From contig OZ242351.1 in NCBI GenBank assembly GCA_965208675.1, positions 1,920,001 through 1,984,000 on the forward strand: a DNA stretch of 64,000 bases, read 5' to 3'. The position numbers and the translations under genes are program-made. The stretch comes from Candidatus Poribacteria bacterium (lineage in GTDB: Bacteria > Poribacteria > WGA-4E > PCPOR2b). Below the pieces are notes generated by a model. It had not been told where the DNA came from. It made no database searches and saw only the letters and a program-made list of their open reading frames with translations. Positions 56,377 through 64,000 of this stretch are shown in pieces; within the stretch, counting starts at the first letter, position 1; the number at the start of each line of letters is the position of its first letter.

Positions 56377-57636
56377 ATGGATGTGACAACAATAGAATTG
56401 CCGTACGGGCGATCATCGGTGAGCGTTGATGCGCCGACTGAGAAAATTCTCGGTATCTATAGGCCGCAAACGGAAGGACGAGTCCCGGACGAGGATGTGC
56501 TTTTGCACGAGGCATTGGAGAAACCTGTCCATTCTCCGCGTTTGCGCGACTTGGTTCGACCGGGGCAAAAGATAGCGATTGTGACCAGCGACCTGACGCG
56601 TCCGTGTCCGTCCGAGCGGCTGCTGCCGCTAATCCTTGACGAACTGGCGGCAAGCGGGATCCCCGACGCGGATGTGACTGTGGTCATTGCGCTTGGGTTG
56701 CATCGACCGATGACAGCGGAGGAATTGGAGGCTACAGTTGGTGCAGATGTATACCGCCGTGCCGCGGTAATCAATCACGACCCAAGAGACACCGTCCGAT
56801 TGGGCGTTACCACTGCCGGTACGCCTGTCGAGATTTTTCGGGCTGTCGTTGAATCCGATGTACGCATCTGCTTGGGCAACGTTGAGCTGCATTATTTCGT
56901 GGGTTATTCCGGCGGTGCGAAAGCGATTCTGCCCGGATGTGCATCGGACGCGACGATTACAGCCAACCACGCCATGATGGTATGCGCCGAGGCGTGCGCC
57001 GGCCGATTGGAAGGCAACCCGGTGCGGGACGATATTGAGGAAGGGGTTGCCATGGTTGGTGTCGACTTTATTTTCAACGCGGTTTTGGACGGCAACCATC
57101 GCATTATCGGCGCGGTAGCAGGCGACGTAACCGCCGCGCATCGGCGCGGGTGCGAGATAGCGGCGCAACGCAGCACGGTTGCAATTCCCAAAAAGGCGGA
57201 CATCGTATTGGTAGGCGCGGGAGGATATCCTAGCGACGTAAACCTTTATCAAGCCCAGAAAGCGTTGGACAACGCACAATACTCCGTCCGCGACGGCGGG
57301 CTCATCGTTATGTCTGCCGAGTGCAGTGAGGGCTTCGGCAATCAGACATTCGAGACTTGGATGACGAACGCCACCTCTCCCGAAGCGGTGTTAGACAGAA
57401 TTCAGCAAAAATTCGTGATAGGCGGGCATAAAGCGGCTGCGATAGCCGCAGTGCTGCGGCGAGCGACGGTGTATTTGGTATCAGCCCTATCACCCAAGCC
57501 GGTACGAGAGTGCGGTTTAGTGCCGTTTGCTAATCTGCGAGAAGCGATGAAAGCGGCGTTTGATGAGGCAGGAAAGCGATCCGACATCATCGTGATGCCG
57601 AACGGCGGTTCAATTCTGCCGATTGCGGGGAATTGA
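56377..57636 (+). CDS. larA: Nickel-pincer-dependent lactate racemase family protein
   Basis: SDLTRP, GLHR, HYFVGYSGGAK and YQAQKAL motifs. Confidence 0.9.
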   Translation: MDVTTIELPYGRSSVSVDAPTEKILGIYRPQTEGRVPDEDVLLHEALEKPVHSPRLRDLVRPGQKIAIVTSDLTRPCPSERLLPLILDELAASGIPDADVTVVIALGLHRPMTAEELEATVGADVYRRAAVINHDPRDTVRLGVTTAGTPVEIFRAVVESDVRICLGNVELHYFVGYSGGAKAILPGCASDATITANHAMMVCAEACAGRLEGNPVRDDIEEGVAMVGVDFIFNAVLDGNHRIIGAVAGDVTAAHRRGCEIAAQRSTVAIPKKADIVLVGAGGYPSDVNLYQAQKALDNAQYSVRDGGLIVMSAECSEGFGNQTFETWMTNATSPEAVLDRIQQKFVIGGHKAAAIAAVLRRATVYLVSALSPKPVRECGLVPFANLREAMKAAFDEAGKRSDIIVMPNGGSILPIAGN

Positions 57637-57744
57637 GAGGGCATAGCATCAGGTAAAGATGAAGAGTTAGCCCCACTAGCCCCCTTTATCAGGGGTGAAT
57701 CTTAAGATTTGTAAATTCCTATCGTTATCGGATGGTGCTAGGGG

Positions 57745-58454
57745 TTAAGCGTCATGCGTTTCGTCGTTGGCGGGCAATGCAACATCTTGGCTTTCGAAAA
57801 ATTCCTTCGCCGTTTGATGTATCCGATTCAAATCTGACCGCGACGGACGATGGCGGGCGAACTGAACCATGTCACATGTGCGGAGGATTTCGCCGACGTG
57901 GTCAGCAACACTATCCGTCAAATCGTGGGGCAGACTCGCTAGGATTTGCCGGTGTCTACGATTTTGATTTGATATTTTTCGCTGATATACCGCTTGGTCG
58001 TCATGGCGATTGATTCGTAATATTGTGGAATGTTACCTTCATTGCGCAGCCGCAAGGCTTGTTCCAACGCCTTCAATGCGGCGCTCTCAAGCGTAATTGT
58101 ATCGGTCTCAGGTTCTAAAGGAATGACTTCTTCCGTAGGTTTGATTTCAGGCCGATTCACACCCTCCCTAGGCGTCATTATGGGAATCCTGCCGCGCAAA
58201 ATTTGATTATCTTCAGTGGATTCATGGCGGCGGAAAAGGCGAGGCAGGTTCATTCTATTTCGCCGGCACAAAGCGTAGATACCGAGGACAACCCCGATTA
58301 CAAGCAACGCCGGAATAATTATCGAGACGACCGTAATTATCAGGTCAAAGAAACTTGCCTGGTTTTCATCCAGTGTTACGCTTTGAGAAAATCCACTTGA
58401 GGCAAGCAAGGAAACCGGTATAGATAGTATTATTGCCGGTGTTATTAGTCTCAC
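57745..58454 (-). pseudogene. Frameshifted membrane protein with a BatD-like C-terminal helical domain
   Basis: ORF stops at 57939 (KIVDTGKS*). An alternative frame continues QILASLPHDLTDSVADHVGEILRTCDMVQFAR...HDA* to 57745. Confidence 0.7.
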
Positions 58455-58515
58455 ATCTCTCCAACAATTACATTTTTGTGATATTGGGATACGGTAAAAG
58501 CATGAATCAATTGAG

Positions 58516-59943
58516 CTAGTCTCCGCTCAAGCCGTATTCCTTAATTTTTCTAAAAATAGTTCGCTTTGAGACGCCCAATATCTTTGCTGCCTTGGCTTTA
58601 TTGTTCTCGACATGCTTGAGCGTGGCTCGAATAGATTCCTTCTCAATCTCCGCCAGAGACATTCCAACCGCTACATCCAAATGAGATGGTGAATGTTCAT
58701 TTAGCGTTGCATCAAGCGCGGTTGGCACTGAAAAAATAAATTGCGAGTCTTCGCCAGTTGGCTTTAATGTGTGCTCTGGGAGATCTTCGAGATCTAGCTC
58801 CGACCGATTGGACATAACGACCATTCCTTCAATACAGTTTCTCAACTCGCGCACATTTCCGGGCCAGTCATGATTTATTAAGGTTCGTAGGGCACGGGGA
58901 GTTATGTTCTTAACCGCCTTTCTATTTTCTCTACTGAACTCCTCGATAAAAACCTTGACTAACAGCGGAATGTCCTCTCTCCTTTCACGAAGCGGCGGCA
59001 AGGTGATCTGAATTACGTTTAACCGATCATAGAGATCTGCCAAAAATTCACCCTTCTCTACGGCCTCCTCAAGATCGCGGTTTGTTGCGGAGACGATGCG
59101 AACATCGACTTGGACGGGTTCATTGCCGCCTACTCTCTCAAACGTTCTCGCTTCAAGTACGCGGAGCAACCGTGATTGATTCGATAGGCTTAACTTGCCG
59201 ACTTCATCAAGGAACAGGGTGCCGCCGTGCGCGGTCTCAAATCGTCCTTTGCGCATGCGGTGCGCACCTGTAAATGCGCCGCGCTCATGTCCAAACAGCT
59301 CTGATTCAGCTAACCCTTCCGCCAAGGCGGCGCAATTGAAAACGACGAGTTGCCCGGGCCGCAGACTGCGATGATGGATGGCACGCGCGACGAGTTCTTT
59401 TCCGGTACCGCGCTCACCGCGAATCATGACGGTCGCTTTTGTTGGAGCAACTTGCGAGATAATCTGCCGAACTTCTTGCATCCCCGCTGAGTGCCCTGTT
59501 AATTGGAGGGGACCTACCCTGTTATCAATCTGGGACTGCAGTCGGCGATTTTCGAGGGTAAGGCGGCGGGTCTCAAGGATTTTGTGGAGAAACGCTTTCA
59601 GGTGAACGGGCCTGAGCGGTTTTGGAAGGAAAAAACTGGATTTGTGGTGAAGCGTGGCTTTGATGCCGGTATCGGTTTCCAATACATTAGCCGCTGTTGT
59701 GAAAATGACGCCAACATCCGGGTTTTTGCCATAAGCGGCTTCAAGGAGCTTTAAGCCGTCAATCCGTTCTGCTTTAAGCGGAGCGATTAGGACATCAATT
59801 TCTAGGCGTTGAATGCGATCTAAAGCCGCATATTGATTGTCGGTAACATGCACCTGCAAGCCTTCGCCTTCAAGTGCGTGACAAATGGTTTCGCATTGTC
59901 TTCGGTCAGAATCAACAACGAGAGTAGTCGTCTGGCTGTTCAC
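58516..59943 (-). CDS. Sigma54-dependent NtrC-family activator with atypical receiver domain
   Basis: [34 protein letters not shown] and a Fis-type HTH. Confidence 0.94.
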   Translation of the reverse strand: MNSQTTTLVVDSDRRQCETICHALEGEGLQVHVTDNQYAALDRIQRLEIDVLIAPLKAERIDGLKLLEAAYGKNPDVGVIFTTAANVLETDTGIKATLHHKSSFFLPKPLRPVHLKAFLHKILETRRLTLENRRLQSQIDNRVGPLQLTGHSAGMQEVRQIISQVAPTKATVMIRGERGTGKELVARAIHHRSLRPGQLVVFNCAALAEGLAESELFGHERGAFTGAHRMRKGRFETAHGGTLFLDEVGKLSLSNQSRLLRVLEARTFERVGGNEPVQVDVRIVSATNRDLEEAVEKGEFLADLYDRLNVIQITLPPLRERREDIPLLVKVFIEEFSRENRKAVKNITPRALRTLINHDWPGNVRELRNCIEGMVVMSNRSELDLEDLPEHTLKPTGEDSQFIFSVPTALDATLNEHSPSHLDVAVGMSLAEIEKESIRATLKHVENNKAKAAKILGVSKRTIFRKIKEYGLSGD

Positions 59944-60296
59944 TTTTTTTCGCTCAATTTTTGCGGACGATTAGCTTACATCGCGCGTTTCCGCAACGTA
60001 AGGCGTGAGTTTTCACATGCTTTACGTTGATTTTGCACTTGTCTGAATTTTCGATGACCTCGACATCAGGTGTGTTAAGCGTAAATTAAAGAACAGTTAG
60101 TGCGTTAGAGATTTATGTAAAACGCTGATTTGCTCCTCTCCTTTTGAACGAAACCTCTGCGATTGGGGTTTCGCAAGTTCTCGATTAGAAGGTCTAGCGT
60201 TGACGGGACATCTTTACTTTTTCATCATTTACGGAAGCGTCTTTGCCTAAATTCGGACAGAGAATGATACCTTATTCCCACAACTTCGTCAAGCGG

Positions 60297-60335
60297 AAAA
60301 CAGGCGGATTCACGACGTTTTACCGCCTGTGTTTT
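60297..60335 (-). terminator. Probable intrinsic terminator after rluD
   Basis: ACAGGCGG-loop-CCGCCTGT followed by a T-run on the minus strand. Confidence 0.55.
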
Positions 60336-60336
60336 A

Positions 60337-61311
60337 TCATGTTCTCAGTGCATCCACAACCCGCTGCATATCAATAGGCATCGGCGTCGAAAATGTCAAT
60401 TTCTCGCCGGTTTCAGGATGATTAAAACCAAGTGTTCGCGCGTGCAACGCTTGCCGATTGAGCTTCGCAAACGCCTCCGCCAACGCGGGCGAATTGGCGT
60501 TACGCATTGCACGGTGCCGCCCTCCTCCGTAGACGGCATCACCTGCAACCGGAAAACCGATGTGGCTGAGATGCACGCGGATTTGGTGAAGGCGGCCGGT
60601 TTCCAAATTCAACCGAATCAGGGCGAATTTGCCATAATTTTCCAGGACCCAATAGTGGGTGACGGCATGACGACCCTCCTCCACTGATACAGTCATTTTT
60701 CGCGCATCTCTGCGACTTCGGCGGATGGGCGCGTTTATTGTGCCAGACTCCGATTTTGGAACGCCGCAAGCCACAGCGAGGTACTCGCGTACGGTGGTAT
60801 GGGCTTCAAATTGCGCCGAGAGATGACGATGGGCATGGTCAGTCTTCGCTGCAACGAGCACGCCGGATGTATTCTTATCGAGCCGATGTACAATACCGGG
60901 CCGTTCCGAGCCGCCAATTTGAGCCAGAACCCTGCAGTGTGCGAGCAAGGCATTGACAAGCGTTCCGGTGTTGACGCCGGCGGCGGGGTGAACAAGCATG
61001 TCCGCAGGTTTGTTTACAACGATGAGATTAGAATCCTCATACAGAATATCGAGCGGTATGTGATTGGGTTGGATAGACTCCAGCACGGAGCCATTTGGAA
61101 TGGTGAGGGAGATTTGATCGCCTACTCGGAGTTTATAGCCGGGTTTGGCAGATTTGCCGTTGACTGTCACGGCACCACCGCAGACTAATTTTTGTATTGC
61201 TGACCGGGACAACTGATGCGGCGGGTCAAGAACATGCTGTTCGTCTACAAACCGATCTAACCGGAAACTTTCGTGTTGTGTTTCAACGAGATAGCTGTAG
61301 ATACTTGGCAT
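60337..61311 (-). CDS. rluD: RluA-family 23S rRNA pseudouridine synthase
   Basis: S4 domain, HRLDKNTSG, HQIRVH and QALHA motifs. Confidence 0.9.
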   Translation of the reverse strand: MPSIYSYLVETQHESFRLDRFVDEQHVLDPPHQLSRSAIQKLVCGGAVTVNGKSAKPGYKLRVGDQISLTIPNGSVLESIQPNHIPLDILYEDSNLIVVNKPADMLVHPAAGVNTGTLVNALLAHCRVLAQIGGSERPGIVHRLDKNTSGVLVAAKTDHAHRHLSAQFEAHTTVREYLAVACGVPKSESGTINAPIRRSRRDARKMTVSVEEGRHAVTHYWVLENYGKFALIRLNLETGRLHQIRVHLSHIGFPVAGDAVYGGGRHRAMRNANSPALAEAFAKLNRQALHARTLGFNHPETGEKLTFSTPMPIDMQRVVDALRT

Positions 61312-61360
61312 GTCAAAGATGGGCTGCGCCTACTATAGATGTGCTTCACGCTCTTACGCG

Positions 61361-62566
61361 TTATTGAACTTTCCGCGGGTTAGCACCGCGTTTCATCTTC
61401 CTATTATAAGCCGGAGACAAGGCACGCATCTGCTCGACAATGGCGGGCACTTTTTCGACGACTTCCTCGATTTCGTCCTGGGTGTTATCTTTACCGAGCG
61501 AGAATCGAACTGTGCCCTGCGCTAACTGCGGCGAGATACCGAGCGCCGCCAGTACATGTGAAGGCTCCATCGATCCAGAGGTACAGGCGGAACCGGTCGA
61601 TACACAGATGCCTTCCATATCCAACCTCAGAATCAGGCTCTCCCCTTCGACGAATTCAAACGAAATGTTTAGGGTTCCCGGTAGGCAGTATTCCGGATGA
61701 CTGTTCTCGTAGATTTTAGCGAGGCGTTCATGGAGCCCTGCGCGCAATTTGCTAGTTAGCCGGTTGAGATGTTGGCTATAGGATTCTCGGTGTTTTTTCG
61801 CCAATGCCGCGGCGGCGCCCATACCGACGATTGCGGGGACATTCTCTGAGCCTGCGCGGCGGTTGCGCTCATGCGTCCCGCCGTGAATGAGGTTCTCCAA
61901 ACGGGTGCCGCGCCGAGTATATAGGGCGCCGATGCCTTTGGGGCCGTAAAATTTGTGTGCGGAGAGCGTAAGCAGGTTTACGCCAATCTCTTGGACATTG
62001 AGCGGGAGTTTGCCAACCGACTGTACGGCGTCGGTGTGTACGGGGATGCCGTGCGAACCTGCAATTTCGCAAACGTCTTCAATCGGTTGAATTGTACCGT
62101 TTTCATTGTTCGCATGCATAATCGAAACCAAGATTGTGGTGTCACGGATTGCCTCGGAGAGATTCTCGATTTGAATCCGCCCGTACCGGTCAACCGGCAG
62201 GTAGGACACTTCAAACCCGTGCTTTTCAAGGTGTTGACACGTATGCAGCACGGCGTGATGTTCAACCGCAGAGGTGATGATGTGGTTATTGCCGTTACGA
62301 TTTTTTTGAATCTCGGCGATGCCTTTTATGGCGTAATTGTCCGCTTCGGTACCGCAACTGGTGAAAACGATTTCACTCGGACTTTTCGCACCAATTAAAT
62401 CCGCGACCTGCTCACGCGCAGTATCGATTGCGTTGCGCGCCTCGCGTCCATAAGCGTGGATACTTGAGCCGTTCCCGAAGTGCTCAATCATGTAGGGCAT
62501 CATGGCTTCCCGCACTTCAGGATGGAGCGGCGTCGTTGCATTGTGGTCTAAATAGATGCGCTGCAT
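61361..62566 (-). CDS. iscS: Cysteine desulfurase (IscS/NifS)
   Basis: YLDHNATT, SAHKFYGPKG and GSACTS motifs. Confidence 0.93.
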   Translation of the reverse strand: MQRIYLDHNATTPLHPEVREAMMPYMIEHFGNGSSIHAYGREARNAIDTAREQVADLIGAKSPSEIVFTSCGTEADNYAIKGIAEIQKNRNGNNHIITSAVEHHAVLHTCQHLEKHGFEVSYLPVDRYGRIQIENLSEAIRDTTILVSIMHANNENGTIQPIEDVCEIAGSHGIPVHTDAVQSVGKLPLNVQEIGVNLLTLSAHKFYGPKGIGALYTRRGTRLENLIHGGTHERNRRAGSENVPAIVGMGAAAALAKKHRESYSQHLNRLTSKLRAGLHERLAKIYENSHPEYCLPGTLNISFEFVEGESLILRLDMEGICVSTGSACTSGSMEPSHVLAALGISPQLAQGTVRFSLGKDNTQDEIEEVVEKVPAIVEQMRALSPAYNRKMKRGANPRKVQ

Positions 62567-62931
62567 GAATTTTTCCTTAAGAGACAGTAGTCAGTAAAAT
62601 TCATTGTCGTGTATCGTCGTTTTTTGCATCACGAGTGAGACACAAATAGGCAAAAAGCGGACATCAAGCGGACATCGAGCGGACATGCACAAACATGTGT
62701 TAATATCGTGCGAAAATCGCGAGTTCACATCGCAGACTATGACGCCCGAATCCAGTGTCAGCGCAGGTTTGCCGGTTAAGTGTGCATACCGCAGCGAGCG
62801 CGTCAAAATGCTCATTTTGGCACACGATTGCCCGCAAAAAGCGGACATCCTGGGTGTTTTGTGTTTTCAGTTACGTAAGCCAGCGGCCGGCGGTCTGCAA
62901 AAAGGCTTGACTGGTCACCGGCAACTTTATT

Positions 62932-64000
62932 TTAATCCGATCGAGCAGCAATCTGATCTTGGACTAAAGCAATGAACTCTTGGACGGGCATGTCATTTTG
63001 ACGGGAGCCGTCGCGTTTCCGAAGCGAAACGGTGCCACCGTTGACTTCCCGGTCACCGACTACGAGCATGTAAGGCACTTTCATCAACTGGGCTTGGCGA
63101 ATTTTCGCATTCATGCGTTCGCTACTCAAATCCGCCTTCGCACGGAGCCCTGCGTCATTTAACTGTTCGAACAATTTCTGTGCGTAGCCGTTATGATTGT
63201 CGTTGATTGGAATCACGCGAGCATGCTCCGGAGAAAGCCAGACCGGGAATCGGCCAGCATAATGTTCAATTAAGAAACCGATAAAACGTTCGTGGGTACC
63301 GAGCGGCGCGCGGTGGAGACAGATTGGCACTTCAGGATTCCCCTCGCTGTTGATAAAACGCAAACCGAAGCGTTCAGGTTGTGCGAAATCGACCTGATTG
63401 GTGGCAAGCGTGAATTCGCGGCCGATGGTGCTCCAGATTTGTACGTCAATCTTGGGACCGTAAAACGCGGCTTCATCGGTGACTTCGACAAAGGACACCT
63501 CCCCGTTTTTCATGGCGTTTCGAACCATTTCCTCCGTTTTCAGCCACATCCGTTCATTATCGACATATTTCTTACCCAGACCGCTTTTGTGGTGGGTGCT
63601 GAACCGCATGTTATATTTTTCGATGCCGAACAGCTGAAAATATTCGAGGTAGAGGTCAACGACTCGCAGAAATTCATCTTGAAACTGTTCTTCCGAGCAA
63701 TAGATGTGGGCATCGTTCATCTGCATGGATCGGACGCGCATCAGACCGAAGAGTTCGCCGCTCTTTTCAAAGCGATAGCAGGCGCCGTATTCGGCGAGCC
63801 GAAGCGGCAGATTGCGATAGCTGCGCGGGCTGCTGGCGAAGATTTTGTGGTGAAAGGGACAGTTCATGGGTTTAACGAAGTAACGGACGCCTTCCAACTC
63901 CATCGGCGGATACATGCTCTCCGTATAGTGCGCCAAGTGACCGCTGCGATCAAACAGCGCATCCTTCGCCAAGTGAGGGGTGCGAACGCGGTCGTAACCC
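62932..64000 (-). CDS. thrS: Threonine--tRNA ligase (5' part outside the window)
   Basis: KPMNCP, AAFYGPKID, HRAPLGTHERF and anticodon-binding domain. Confidence 0.97.
   Translation of the reverse strand, partial: GYDRVRTPHLAKDALFDRSGHLAHYTESMYPPMELEGVRYFVKPMNCPFHHKIFASSPRSYRNLPLRLAEYGACYRFEKSGELFGLMRVRSMQMNDAHIYCSEEQFQDEFLRVVDLYLEYFQLFGIEKYNMRFSTHHKSGLGKKYVDNERMWLKTEEMVRNAMKNGEVSFVEVTDEAAFYGPKIDVQIWSTIGREFTLATNQVDFAQPERFGLRFINSEGNPEVPICLHRAPLGTHERFIGFLIEHYAGRFPVWLSPEHARVIPINDNHNGYAQKLFEQLNDAGLRAKADLSSERMNAKIRQAQLMKVPYMLVVGDREVNGGTVSLRKRDGSRQNDMPVQEFIALVQDQIAARSD

Overview
Bacterial chromosomal window of about 50% GC. The gene mix (DUF6784-like gene end, many VWA/VIT, zinc-ADH, enolase-superfamily and ankyrin genes) suggests a Poribacteria-like diderm; this is inference. 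Housekeeping and metabolic genes occupy both ends: ABC exporter, thiD/thiE, pcm, RNase P RNA, a Tat-exported molybdo-hydroxylase, larA, an NtrC-type activator, rluD, iscS and thrS. The centre (about 21.4-49.3 kb) is a metal-handling island bracketed by two diverged ~1.7 kb direct repeats. Each repeat encodes a CxxC/RAPP (DUF2946-like) leader protein, a His/Asp-rich lipoprotein and MerC. One copy runs in frame into a TonB-dependent receptor; the other heads an ABC/lipoprotein/DUF3299 operon. Between the repeats lie a giant beta-propeller gene, a heavy-metal RND efflux operon with its own frameshifted leader gene, and a low-GC islet (IS1595 remnant, phage-like ORFs, HNH restriction-modification pair, HEPN-like gene). 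Also present are a tandem pair of HxH-repeat lipoproteins behind duplicated sigma54-like promoters, a MITE, REP-like repeats and several small frameshifts. Family names come from motif recognition, not database searches.
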